From assembly GCA_944358435.1 (NCBI GenBank), contig CALVRD010000001.1, forward strand, positions 7,977 to 71,976: DNA of 64,000 nucleotides, written 5' to 3'. Positions within the stretch are counted from its first letter, which is position 1. The number at the start of each line of letters is the position of its first letter. The position numbers and the translations under genes were made by a program. This document shows positions 26,898-36,897 of the stretch, piece after piece. Below the pieces are notes generated by a model, which was not told the origin of the DNA, made no database searches, and was given only the letters and a program-made list of their open reading frames with translations. Source of the DNA: an uncultured Bacilli bacterium. GTDB taxonomy: Bacteria > Bacillota_I > Bacilli_A > RF39 > UBA660.

Positions 26898-27698
26898 CTA
26901 TATTATTCCAAGTAATAAAATAAATACTAATACAACAAATATTAAACTATCTAATCTGTCTAATATACCACCATGTCCTGGAATTAAATTAGAAAAATCT
27001 TTTTTTCCATACTCTCTCTTAATAAATGAAAAAGCTAAGTCTCCAAATTGTCCAACACAAGTTAAAAAACATGTTACCAATATAACTAAAACTAAAGAAT
27101 TAGCTGGATTAATAACTGTAATATAATAAGCAGAAGCAACAATTGTTCCCATAAGAGATCCACCAATAGATCCTTCTATTGTCTTATTTGGTGAAATAGT
27201 AGGTGCTAATTTATTTTTACCTATTAAATTACCAGTAATAAGAGCAAAAGTATCAGTCATAGTAGTTATCAATAATAAATATATGATATAAGTAACATCA
27301 TAATTACGAGTCACTACTAACAAATTAAATCCAAGTCCTATAAAAACAACTGATCCAACTAGAAATAAAGCATCATTTAAATCATATACATTAGTATCTT
27401 TAATAAATACCATAGGTAATAAAAAGGCAAATATAATAATACTTATAACTCTATAATCTATACTACAAACAAATTGTATAGAATCATAATTACTTATAGT
27501 AAAAAATATAACTAATAGATATGCAAATATTTTTAATATAATTGGAAACTTACGTTTACTTTCTCTAGTATGTATAAGTTCATAAAGTCCTAGTACTGAA
27601 AGCAATGTCATAAGTACCGCAAATGGTATTTCACCCACTATTAATAATGGTATAAATATTGCAATCATTAAGATTGCACTAATAATTCTTATCTTCAT
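26898..27698 (-). CDS. cdsA: Phosphatidate cytidylyltransferase
   Basis: Polytopic membrane protein with the C-terminal CdsA signature ...SFIKREYGKKDFSNLIPGHGGILDRLDS. Confidence 0.75.
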   Translation of the reverse strand: MKIRIISAILMIAIFIPLLIVGEIPFAVLMTLLSVLGLYELIHTRESKRKFPIILKIFAYLLVIFFTISNYDSIQFVCSIDYRVISIIIFAFLLPMVFIKDTNVYDLNDALFLVGSVVFIGLGFNLLVVTRNYDVTYIIYLLLITTMTDTFALITGNLIGKNKLAPTISPNKTIEGSIGGSLMGTIVASAYYITVINPANSLVLVILVTCFLTCVGQFGDLAFSFIKREYGKKDFSNLIPGHGGILDRLDSLIFVVLVFILLLGII

Positions 27699-28405
27699 TA
27701 TTGTCCTCCAAATCTTCTATTACGCTTACTATATTCTTCTAGCGCATTGTCAAACTCTTTCTCATCAAAAGCTGGAAACTCTACTTCTGGAAAATAAAAC
27801 TCAGCATAAGCATTCTGCCATAATAAGAAATTACTTAATCTTTCTTCTCCACTAGTTCTAATCATTAAATCAACTGGTGGTAAATTATGATATAAGTTTG
27901 CAGCAAATAATTCTTCAGAAATATCAGAAACCTCTATTTTCCCATCTAAAACCATATCACTTAATTTCTTAGTAGTATCAACAATCTCTGCTTTACCACC
28001 ATAATTAATACAAATATTAAAAATAGAACCATTATTATTTTTAGTTTTCTCAGTAATATCATCAATCATCATTAACACTTTATCTGGTAAAGGTTCTCTC
28101 CTTCCAGAAAACACTACTTTAATATTTTTCTCATTTAATCGATCAAAGTATTTCTTAAATGCCATTGAAAATAAATTCATTAAGTAATCTACTTCAATCT
28201 TTGATCTTTTAAAATTCTCAGTAGAAAAAGCATAAACACTAAGTACTTTAATACCTTTAGAAAAGATATAATCAGCTAAATTTTCTAAATTAGTAAAGCC
28301 CCTATAATGACCCTCTTGTGGAGTCATATTATTTTTTTTAGCCCATCTACGATTACCATCTAAAATAATCGCAACATGTTTTGGTATTTTAAATTCTTCA
28401 TTCAT
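27698..28405 (-). CDS. uppS: Undecaprenyl-diphosphate synthase (cis-prenyltransferase)
   Basis: HVAIILDGNRRWA...AFSTENFKRS motifs. Confidence 0.85.
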   Translation of the reverse strand: MNEEFKIPKHVAIILDGNRRWAKKNNMTPQEGHYRGFTNLENLADYIFSKGIKVLSVYAFSTENFKRSKIEVDYLMNLFSMAFKKYFDRLNEKNIKVVFSGRREPLPDKVLMMIDDITEKTKNNNGSIFNICINYGGKAEIVDTTKKLSDMVLDGKIEVSDISEELFAANLYHNLPPVDLMIRTSGEERLSNFLLWQNAYAEFYFPEVEFPAFDEKEFDNALEEYSKRNRRFGGQ

Positions 28406-28463
28406 ATTATTACCTCACTTTAATTATATAATATACAGAAAAAAAAAGGAAGTCAAAGACTCC

Positions 28464-28712
28464 CTAAAATTTATCAATATCAATTTTTACATACTTATTA
28501 CCTTTCAAACTACTACTAGCTTGTACAAGAGTTCTTAAAGCATTAGCGCATTTTCCACCTTTGCCAATAACTCTTCCCATATCTTCTTCCGCTACCATAA
28601 CTTGAATAAGTATAACATTTTCATCTTCAGTAGAAAACTCTTTAACACTAACTGCCTCTTCATTTTCTACTAAAGATTTAACTATTTCTTCAGTTAATAA
28701 AACTAAATCCAT
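28464..28712 (-). CDS. KH-domain RNA-binding protein (YlqC family)
   Basis: GRVIGKGGK KH motif; sits immediately downstream of rpsP as in many Firmicutes. Confidence 0.6.
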   Translation of the reverse strand: MDLVLLTEEIVKSLVENEEAVSVKEFSTEDENVILIQVMVAEEDMGRVIGKGGKCANALRTLVQASSSLKGNKYVKIDIDKF

Positions 28713-28713
28713 A

Positions 28714-28992
28714 CTATTTATCCTTCTTTGCTCTTGATTCAGCATACTTAGTCATAATACCAGCTTTACTGAATAAATTTCTAACTGTATCAGTAGGAAT
28801 AGCTCCATTATTTAACCATTTTAAAGCAACTTCTTCATTAATTTTAACTTGTGCTTCTGCTCCAACTGGTGCATAAGTACCAACTAATTCCAAATATTGT
28901 CCACTTCTTGGACGTCTTGAATCAGTCGCAACAATTCTATAAGTAGGTTTCTTCTTAGCACCCATTCTTGTTAATCGTAATTTAACAGCCAT
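28714..28992 (-). CDS. rpsP: 30S ribosomal protein S16
   Basis: [21 protein letters not shown]... is near-canonical S16. The ORF-track N-terminal extension is rejected. Confidence 0.9.
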   Translation of the reverse strand: MAVKLRLTRMGAKKKPTYRIVATDSRRPRSGQYLELVGTYAPVGAEAQVKINEEVALKWLNNGAIPTDTVRNLFSKAGIMTKYAESRAKKDK

Positions 28993-29310
28993 TTTCTCTC
29001 CTCCATTTCTAATTACTGGAATTATTATATTATATAAAAAAATACTTGTCAACCACTTTTTTATAACACCATCAAAAAATAGTTAAATACAATAAAAGCC
29101 CTAAATTCATAGTAATTATTACCACTACCATCAGTCCAAAAGACTATTTTTAAATATTATCTTCCTATTACTCATATCATTAAAATAATTCTTTATTTTT
29201 GATACAACGCTCTTTATAGTAATCACCCATATCATTACTATTTTTTTACTAAAAACACTATCTCTTTTTCAAAGTACATTCAAAAAAATAATAACCTAAG
29301 TTATTATCTT

Positions 29311-29853
29311 TTAAATAGTATGATCATTTATAAAATTTTCTGTTACTGCATCATCTATTTTATTAACTTCTTCCTCTATTTTAGATTCTTCCACTATTTC
29401 TTCCCATGGATCTTCTTCTGTATTAGTTTGAATCTTTACTTTTATATCTCCTACTAATTCAATACCAAGTTCTTTTTCAATAGTATATTTAATATTATTT
29501 CCATCTATATCAACTTTAACACAACTTGGTTGTTTTAAACTTCTAACAATAATTTCTTCTCCAGTAGACTCTTCTTCTCTATCACGTAAATGAACAACTT
29601 CTGTATAATTCTTTGTTTCTTTTAATACTTCAGTTTTAGTATCATTATCATAAGAGTACCAAATATTTACATCATAACTACCAGTAATTGTTATTTTATC
29701 TCCTGTCTTAACACCATTAAAATTATGATTAATTACCCAACATCCAAGTATTGTCGATGGATTATTATTAACAGACACAACATTTTCTGTTGTAAATAAT
29801 TTTTTACCCTTCGCAATAACCGCCTTAGTAACTATTTCTCTATAATTAGTCAT
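29311..29853 (-). CDS. cotE: Outer spore coat morphogenetic protein CotE
   Basis: 180 aa. It starts MTNYREIVTKAVIAKGKK...ILGCWVINH...NIWYSYDNDTKTEV and has an acidic tail DPWEEIVEE, closely paralleling Bacillus CotE. Synteny with ricA-miaB. Confidence 0.7.
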   Translation of the reverse strand: MTNYREIVTKAVIAKGKKLFTTENVVSVNNNPSTILGCWVINHNFNGVKTGDKITITGSYDVNIWYSYDNDTKTEVLKETKNYTEVVHLRDREEESTGEEIIVRSLKQPSCVKVDIDGNNIKYTIEKELGIELVGDIKVKIQTNTEEDPWEEIVEESKIEEEVNKIDDAVTENFINDHTI

Positions 29854-29947
29854 ACGTAACCTCCTAATCTAATTTATGCTAGAAACTAAAGAAAAGTACC
29901 AAAAGAAAAAGCATAACAAATAATAATTATGCTTCTAACTAAAATAT

Positions 29948-30262
29948 TTAATTGTTAAGAACTTTATAAAAATAATCATTAAGTTCATCTTTAACTAAAT
30001 TAATTTTTTCATTTACTCTCTCTAAATACTGACCATAAATAACATATATTGGTATAGAATTAAGTTTTTCTTCTAACTTTTTTACTTCTTCCAAGTCTTC
30101 ATCTTTATCACTATTAACATACTTCTTTTGTAAGCTTTTAATCTCATCTATTAGATTTAAAAGCTCTTTATTATTATTCATCTGCTTCTTAATATCCAAA
30201 AGCTTCTTATAGTCATCATCTAGAATAATACAATTAATTACTTCATCTAGTGCTTTATCCAA
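29948..30262 (-). CDS. ricA: YmcA/RicA (YlbF/YmcA family) regulatory protein
   Basis: ~100-aa helical protein immediately downstream of miaB, as for ymcA in Bacillus; family-level similarity. Confidence 0.5.
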   Translation of the reverse strand: MDKALDEVINCIILDDDYKKLLDIKKQMNNNKELLNLIDEIKSLQKKYVNSDKDEDLEEVKKLEEKLNSIPIYVIYGQYLERVNEKINLVKDELNDYFYKVLNN

Positions 30263-31673
30263 CTAATTCACCATCTAAACTCCAAGTCTTAGCTGAAGTA
30301 ACCTTTACATTAACAATATCTCCAATATTAATCTTTTTATCTACTGAAAAATTAATTAATTTATTAGTATCTGTATAACCAAAATACATATTATCTTTTT
30401 CACTTAAACCTTCAACAAGTACTGATACAATACTTTCTTCTAACTTCTTATTATTTTCTAAGAAATATTTATTAACCACTTGATTTAATCGTTGTAATCT
30501 TTCTTCTTTTTCTTTTAAAGATACTTCATCTTTTAACTTACAAGCCGGTGTTCCTTCTCTTGCAGAAAATATAAATGTAAAGGCATTATCATACTTACAT
30601 CTTTCTACTAAGTCTAATGTTTCTAAAAAATCTTCTTCAGTTTCTCCTGGGAAACCTACAATTATATCTGTTGATATTGCTACTCCTGGAACAACTTTTT
30701 TAATCTTATCAAATAATTCTAAATAACTTTCTTTTGTATATCTTCTACCCATTAATTTAAGTATTCTACTAGATCCACTTTGCACTGGTAAATGAACACT
30801 AGGCATAATATTTTTATATTTACCAATTACTTCAATCATTTCATCAGTAAAATCCCATGGATGTGAAGTCATAAATCTAACTCGTGGAATATCTTTCTTC
30901 GCAATATCTTCAAGTAAATTACCTAATGTATAATTATCATATAAATCTTTTCCATAAGCATTAACATTTTGGCCTAATAAAGTAATTTCTTTGTATCCAT
31001 CTTTAATTAATTCATCAACTTCTCTTAAGACATCTTCACGAGATCTACTTCTTTCACTTCCCCTAGTATATGGAACTATACAATATGTACAAAACTTGTT
31101 GCAACCATAAATAATATTTACATAAGCTTTATAATTATTAGTTCTAATTACTGGTAATCCTTCAACTAAGTCACCTTCTCTTGAGAAAACTTCAATCTGT
31201 TGCCTGTTCTCTTCAATTGCTTTATCAATAATTTCTGGTAATTGATATAAATTATGTGTACCAAAAACAAAATTAACAAATTTATAATCTCTTAATATTT
31301 CATCTACTACACCAGCTTCTTGTGCCATACATCCACATAATCCAACTATTAAATTCTTTTTCTCACCCTTTAAATGTTTTAGTCTTCCTAACATACCAAA
31401 AGCTTTATTATGAGCATTTTCTCTAATAGAACAAGTATTTAATAAAACTAAATCAGCATTATTATAATCATCAACTTCTTCAAATCCAAGTTCACTAAGT
31501 AAAGCTCTTATATTCTCACTATCATGTTCATTCATTTGACATCCATAGGTCTTTAAGAAAAACTTCTTACCCATATATTTTTGTTTAATACTATCATCAA
31601 ATATAAATTCTACTCGTTTATAATCCCTCTTATCTCTAGTTCTTGCTTCTTTATAATCAGGTAATCGCATCAT
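30255..31673 (-). CDS. miaB: tRNA-2-methylthio-N6-dimethylallyladenosine synthase (radical SAM methylthiotransferase)
   Basis: UPF0004 N-terminal domain, radical-SAM CxxxCxxC (CNKFCTYC), TRAM C-terminus. Confidence 0.9.
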   Translation of the reverse strand: MMRLPDYKEARTRDKRDYKRVEFIFDDSIKQKYMGKKFFLKTYGCQMNEHDSENIRALLSELGFEEVDDYNNADLVLLNTCSIRENAHNKAFGMLGRLKHLKGEKKNLIVGLCGCMAQEAGVVDEILRDYKFVNFVFGTHNLYQLPEIIDKAIEENRQQIEVFSREGDLVEGLPVIRTNNYKAYVNIIYGCNKFCTYCIVPYTRGSERSRSREDVLREVDELIKDGYKEITLLGQNVNAYGKDLYDNYTLGNLLEDIAKKDIPRVRFMTSHPWDFTDEMIEVIGKYKNIMPSVHLPVQSGSSRILKLMGRRYTKESYLELFDKIKKVVPGVAISTDIIVGFPGETEEDFLETLDLVERCKYDNAFTFIFSAREGTPACKLKDEVSLKEKEERLQRLNQVVNKYFLENNKKLEESIVSVLVEGLSEKDNMYFGYTDTNKLINFSVDKKINIGDIVNVKVTSAKTWSLDGELVG

Positions 31674-31739
31674 ATCACTTCCATTTCTTTTATTCCAAAA
31701 TATAATAACTTAAGATTATTTAAAAATCAACTTTTGTAA

Positions 31740-33704
31740 TTAAGATTTTTTATATTGAATAGGCTTATCCCCACTATTATAACTACTAATATAATCTTTA
31801 GAAACACCATCATAAAAAGTAGTTCTTTTTAACTTATTAATAAGTGGACCAGTATCAAATATTTCCCTTTCACCTCTAGAAATATAATCAGCTATAGTTA
31901 AACAGTCAATTGCTCTTTCATAATCATCTTCCTTACCTCTTTTATAATAACATAATCCAAGTCTACGATAATTAAAACTATTAGGCATATCAAAAGCCGA
32001 TAATAACTCTTTATACATTTCTATAGCCTCATCATAAAAATCATTTTTATAATAAAAATCTGCTTCTCTAAGACAACTTTTAACATCAATAAAACAAGAA
32101 TCTCTATATCTAAGTACTAATCTTTTTCTATCTTCTTCATCCTTTATGTAAATTGTCTCTAAATTGATATTAGAACTAACTTCATCTTTAATTTTCTCCA
32201 TTTCTTCATCACTCATTACTTCAAACATTACTAATGAATGATTTTCAAGTACTGGGTTTATTGATTTTATAGTATTAGTACCAATAGTAGACAAATCTGT
32301 CTTAGAAAACAAATCATCTTCCATATTTCTATTATAAGATCTTCTTAAATCATAAATATCAAAAACTTCTCCTGTAATGTTCTTTACTCTAGATATAAGT
32401 TCTAAATAAATTTTAGCTTTATCAAACTCTCTATATTGTAAAGCATAATAATAATCTTGAAGAAAAGTAGTAACATCTAATTGATATGATCCTTCTTTCA
32501 TTAATTCTAATTCTCTTTTAGTAATAGGAAAACTCTTATCATCACTTATTAAATCAAGTTTTATAAAACAAGAAAATATAGCTAAGTATTCACTTGTACC
32601 TAATGTATTTAAATAATATATTAAATTATTAAATGCACCATCTACATCTTGTTTTAATAAAAGATCATTAATTTTATCAAATAATTTATTATTTTCAACT
32701 AATTTATTTTCTTCTTCAACTACTCTTTCTAATAATAATTTCATAGTTTTTGAAGTAACTTGTTTTTGTTCTTGAAATAATCCTAAAGCTTTTTTATAGT
32801 TAGCATTTTCTATTGAAGAAAAACAACTAGTACAATCATAACTTTTAATAATTGGTAAAGTTTTATCATCTATCATTCTTTTTAAATCTTTAAGTATTAA
32901 AAGTATATATCCATCAAAGTTTGATATACCATGAAACTCCTTTTCTTCTTCTATTACTCTTATTGCTTTTTCATATTCTCCTGCATTAACTAGCTTATAA
33001 ACTTCTTCTTGCCTCTTTTGATATGATTTTCTTACTCCAATTAAAAGTCCCATCGTAATACGTTTAGCTACATTTTTATTTCCATATTCAGGACTTTTTC
33101 TTAATAAATCAATAGCATGCTGTATCTTTTTATCAAATGCTAAAGTTCTAACTTCATTTTGTAACTCTTTATCAGCATATCTTTCATCATCATCTAAAAC
33201 ATACATATCAGTAACTTTTAAACTAGATAAATATTTTTTTAAATCATCAGGTAATTCTATATTAAAACTCATTAAATATAACCAAAAATTATGTTCTCTC
33301 CTATATTTATCATTATCTCCATTTTTTACTAGAAACGATATTTGTTCAAGGCTTTCTTCCCAATCCTGATGAAAAACTCTATTCATTAATTTAACCGCTC
33401 GATATAAACCATTATTAGGATCTAATTCAATACATTTATCTATTACTTGAGCCCCTCTATCATATTTTTTAATCCTAGAACCAGATAAATATTTATAATA
33501 ATAAAACATCTTATAGACATTTGCTACTTCATAAAACCCTCTTTTTACTCTTCTAATTTTACCAGCTTCAATTAATCTAGTTAAATCTTTATTTGTAAAT
33601 CCTAATTCTAGTAACTCTCTAGTAGTTACAACATCATTATCAACAAATAAATCATACATATTAGTTTCTTTTTTAAAATTTATCATAATATATCCCCCAA
33701 ACAA
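31740..33704 (-). CDS. 654-aa protein: N-terminal AbiEi-like winged-HTH domain fused to a long TPR-like helical repeat array
   Basis: VVTTRELLELGFTNKDLTRLIEAGKIRRVKRGFYEV resembles the AbiEi antitoxin N-terminal domain; downstream are repeated TPR-like motifs (AIEMYKELL, LGLCYYKRGKEDDYERAIDCL). Confidence 0.4.
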   Translation of the reverse strand: MFGGYIMINFKKETNMYDLFVDNDVVTTRELLELGFTNKDLTRLIEAGKIRRVKRGFYEVANVYKMFYYYKYLSGSRIKKYDRGAQVIDKCIELDPNNGLYRAVKLMNRVFHQDWEESLEQISFLVKNGDNDKYRREHNFWLYLMSFNIELPDDLKKYLSSLKVTDMYVLDDDERYADKELQNEVRTLAFDKKIQHAIDLLRKSPEYGNKNVAKRITMGLLIGVRKSYQKRQEEVYKLVNAGEYEKAIRVIEEEKEFHGISNFDGYILLILKDLKRMIDDKTLPIIKSYDCTSCFSSIENANYKKALGLFQEQKQVTSKTMKLLLERVVEEENKLVENNKLFDKINDLLLKQDVDGAFNNLIYYLNTLGTSEYLAIFSCFIKLDLISDDKSFPITKRELELMKEGSYQLDVTTFLQDYYYALQYREFDKAKIYLELISRVKNITGEVFDIYDLRRSYNRNMEDDLFSKTDLSTIGTNTIKSINPVLENHSLVMFEVMSDEEMEKIKDEVSSNINLETIYIKDEEDRKRLVLRYRDSCFIDVKSCLREADFYYKNDFYDEAIEMYKELLSAFDMPNSFNYRRLGLCYYKRGKEDDYERAIDCLTIADYISRGEREIFDTGPLINKLKRTTFYDGVSKDYISSYNSGDKPIQYKKS

Positions 33705-33754
33705 ATAGATATATTTATAATATCACAAATTTTCATCACTACAAAAAAAAACAA

Positions 33755-34525
33755 CTAAATAGTTGCTTCTTCTAATGAATCTTCAATAATACTTTCAAGT
33801 ACTGAGTATCCATTATCCATTATTTCTTTTTTTATTGTATCCAAGTTTTCATTTATTTTATTTATTAAATTTTGCATACTTGGAGCTAATTCTTTTTTTT
33901 CTAAATTTTCAACAATTACTTCTAAATTATTTAATTTAGAATATTTCCCATAATAAACATTTTTAATAGATGCATGACACAACTTTTTAAATGATAAAAT
34001 ATTAATATTGTTAAATCTTTTATCTTCTAATATTTTAAAAGCTGCTCCAATATAATTATTATTTATTGCTCTATCAAATACTGTTTCACCCTTATTATTT
34101 CTAATATTTGGAAGATAATTCTTCTTCTTAGTTAATTGTGCAATTATCATAAGTGCTGACACTGAATTATCAAGTGCTAATATGTGTCCAAAAGTATCTC
34201 CATCTAAGTTTTGGTGATTTACATCCCAATTACGCTTTTTTATAAGCTTTAATACTAACTCATATTGTTTAGCCTTCAACAATCTTGTAACAACATCATT
34301 GCCTACACTATCACACAAGTTCACATCCACTTTATTTTTTTCTATTAATGTATTAACTACTTCAAAATATCCTTGTTTAATTAATGAAAAAATCAGGGAC
34401 GGTTCCTCACTACAAGCATTAATAGCTTGCTGTTCATCATAAAACATTTTATACACCTCTTTGTTCATGTGACAGTTCATTATTCTAGCAGATTTATAGG
34501 TTCTTGTCAAATTTATCATCTCCAC
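33755..34525 (-). CDS. Ankyrin-repeat protein (256 aa)
   Basis: Repeats of the type DxxGNxxxxxLLKAKQYELVLKLIK...DVNHQNLDGDTFGHILA...NNKGETVFDRAINNN. Confidence 0.45.
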   Translation of the reverse strand: MEMINLTRTYKSARIMNCHMNKEVYKMFYDEQQAINACSEEPSLIFSLIKQGYFEVVNTLIEKNKVDVNLCDSVGNDVVTRLLKAKQYELVLKLIKKRNWDVNHQNLDGDTFGHILALDNSVSALMIIAQLTKKKNYLPNIRNNKGETVFDRAINNNYIGAAFKILEDKRFNNINILSFKKLCHASIKNVYYGKYSKLNNLEVIVENLEKKELAPSMQNLINKINENLDTIKKEIMDNGYSVLESIIEDSLEEATI

Positions 34526-34592
34526 TCTTACTATAATAGTGAAGTAAAATGCTAAACTTTATGCAAAAAAAGCTCATATTTCAGAGCCTTAA

Positions 34593-35639
34593 TTATATAA
34601 ATGATTGAAATATTATCATCAAAACACCAAATGTATTTTGAAAAGCATGTACCATCATACTAGTATAAATATTATTTGTTTTAGTATAAGAATAAGCTAA
34701 TGCTCCACCCATAGCAACATAATTTATTGATTGTACAATAATACTATATAAGCCTTCTTCAGATAAAAATGTATGCAGCAAACCAAATGTAAGAGCTGAT
34801 ACGATAATAAAAGCCACATCATTTTTTATAAATCTTCTAAGACTACCTCTAAAAACAGCTTCTTCAACTATTGGTGCAAAAATTATAGCAGATGGAATTA
34901 AATACCAAAGTGGTAAAGTCTTTAAAGCTTCCTGATTTCCTGACTCAGCCTTAGCTCCTAAGAAAGTCATAATAACTCCTGCTACTAAAACAACTCCAAG
35001 CATTAATAACCAATATTTTAATGAAGAACGTAAATAAGCAGAAAAATTATCTCTTAAATGCTTAAAATCACTTTTATATTTTCCTATAAATGCCCAGACA
35101 GCAACACTTAAGATAATTAAGTCATAAAAAATTGTTGAAAACATATAATTATTAGTAATTTTATAAATTAGCGGAACAAATAACAATTGTCCAAAGAATA
35201 CTAATATTAAAATTGCAGCTGATATATAATCTTTCTTTGTAGATTTTAAATTTCTAATTTGTGGAATTTTCTTTTTCTCCTTCTTTTTTACATCAACTGC
35301 ATCTTTATCAGTAACCATTAATACTAACGCTACTACTGATAGTAAAATAGTAATGCTAAGACTACTAGTAAAAATTGCCGCAACAAGTAAACAAAAATTA
35401 GATACTTTATTAATTAGTCTTCCATCTTTTAAAATTCTAACTAGTAAAATAAGACCAATTACCACTGATACAACCGCAAGCATTTTATAACCTAAAGCAA
35501 GTGTATTTAAATCAAACTCTAAATCATTTGAAATAGATTTTAATGCCTCTTTAGCAATACTTTCACAATTTAAAAATGTAAAAATTCCTAATCCAACCTG
35601 AAGTAATGCATAAATAACATAATAAATTTTTCTTTTCAT
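34593..35639 (-). CDS. CPBP-family intramembrane metalloprotease (CAAX protease / Abi family)
   Basis: Polytopic; EEAVFRG (EExxxR), FGLLH (FxxxH) and HAFQN (HxxxN) motifs. Confidence 0.7.
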   Translation of the reverse strand: MKRKIYYVIYALLQVGLGIFTFLNCESIAKEALKSISNDLEFDLNTLALGYKMLAVVSVVIGLILLVRILKDGRLINKVSNFCLLVAAIFTSSLSITILLSVVALVLMVTDKDAVDVKKKEKKKIPQIRNLKSTKKDYISAAILILVFFGQLLFVPLIYKITNNYMFSTIFYDLIILSVAVWAFIGKYKSDFKHLRDNFSAYLRSSLKYWLLMLGVVLVAGVIMTFLGAKAESGNQEALKTLPLWYLIPSAIIFAPIVEEAVFRGSLRRFIKNDVAFIIVSALTFGLLHTFLSEEGLYSIIVQSINYVAMGGALAYSYTKTNNIYTSMMVHAFQNTFGVLMIIFQSFI

Positions 35640-35767
35640 GAATATATCCTCCTATAATTAGGATACTACAAAAAAAAGATTAATGTACAATTTACACCAA
35701 TCTTTTAAAATTTACAGATTAATTTACGTAAATAAATTTATAAAATTTGACATAATATTTACGTAAA

Positions 35768-36865
35768 TTATTTAAGTTTATTTCCACAATTTGTACAGAA
35801 GTTTCCACCGCTTGTTGGATATCCACAATTACCACAATATGCTCCACTTCCAGTAATAGCAGGTGCACTATTTTGATTAGCTTGCTGATTAAATGCATTA
35901 GTAACTGCTCCACCAACCATACCACCAGAAGCCATATTCATCATACCAATACCCATAAATCCATTAGCTGCTCCACCTTCATTACTAGCTGCATTTTTAA
36001 CTGCTTCAGCATAAGCTCCTGTAAGAGTACCTTGTTGCATATAACTATTAGATGATAATTCATAATTATCAATTTTCTTAGCAGACTCATCATCTAAAGT
36101 AACTGATTCAACTACAAAAGTAACAAGACTAATACCACGATCACGAATTGGCTGATCAAATACTTTAGCATCCATTGCTTTCTTAATTTCATCAGTACTA
36201 CTTGGAAGCTCTAAAACTGGAACTTTATGTTTATCAGTACCTAACTCATTTAAGACATTTTGGAAAGCACCAACTACTTCTGCTCGCATTTGTTCAACTA
36301 GAGCATCTTTTCTATATTCCTCCGCTACTCCTGCAATTCTTGACATAAATATTGCTGGATCTGATATCTTAAATGTATATTTACCAAAACATTTAACATC
36401 AACTCTTAATGGTGTAAGTGTATTAGTCATTTGATTTGGAATTGGATGAGACCAATCTTGAAATGGAATTGGTGCTGGTGTTCCAAATTTGTTATCCATA
36501 ATTTCTTTAGCATTAATATAAAATACTGCTTGTTCTTTATTTACTGCTCCATTATAAGTAAAACGCGTCCACATTTCTTTAAATACTGCTCCAAACTGAC
36601 CAGCAAAAAAGCTTGGTGATGAAGATTGATCGAAAGTATAAATTCCTGACTCTGCAGTTGCATCTAAAACTTGTCCACTTTGAAAGATAACCGCTATTTG
36701 TCCAGGTGCAACTTGAATTGCACTATCCTTTGAAATTACCCCATTAGGAGTAGAAACTTTTTTCATTAAAATTTCCTGTCCTAAATCTTCACATTTGATA
36801 TATTCTTTCCATTGATCATGTAGAGTACCTCCTACAGCCCCTACTGCTGCTTTAATTAAACCCAT
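35768..36865 (-). CDS. SPFH (band-7)/virion-core-like protein with a C-terminal zinc ribbon (YdjI-like)
   Basis: C-terminal CGNCGY...CTNCG ribbon and a Gly-rich linker; last gene of a ZnR / TPM / SPFH triad like Bacillus ydjGHI. Confidence 0.5.
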   Translation of the reverse strand: MGLIKAAVGAVGGTLHDQWKEYIKCEDLGQEILMKKVSTPNGVISKDSAIQVAPGQIAVIFQSGQVLDATAESGIYTFDQSSSPSFFAGQFGAVFKEMWTRFTYNGAVNKEQAVFYINAKEIMDNKFGTPAPIPFQDWSHPIPNQMTNTLTPLRVDVKCFGKYTFKISDPAIFMSRIAGVAEEYRKDALVEQMRAEVVGAFQNVLNELGTDKHKVPVLELPSSTDEIKKAMDAKVFDQPIRDRGISLVTFVVESVTLDDESAKKIDNYELSSNSYMQQGTLTGAYAEAVKNAASNEGGAANGFMGIGMMNMASGGMVGGAVTNAFNQQANQNSAPAITGSGAYCGNCGYPTSGGNFCTNCGNKLK

Positions 36866-36897
36866 ATAAATAATCCTCTTTTCTATAATTTATTTTA

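Noticed and set aside
28714-29052. ORF-track 112-aa version of rpsP, 106-aa version of spoVS (44365..44685), and the long N-terminal extensions of prpC, priA, serS, rlmN and spoVAC
   Set aside because: The conserved protein N-termini (MAVKLRL…, METLKVS…, MKSFYLTDAG…, MIIGVLV…, MIDIKLIREN…) start at internal ATGs with proper RBS spacing. The upstream extensions are just in-frame read-through without start context.
31740-33704. Interpreting the 654-aa protein as an AbiEi antitoxin of a type IV TA/abortive-infection pair
   Set aside because: Only the ~60-aa N-terminal wHTH resembles AbiEi. There is no adjacent AbiEii nucleotidyltransferase and the remaining ~590 aa are TPR-like repeats. A TPR sensor-regulator reading is more consistent, so the TA call is not supported.
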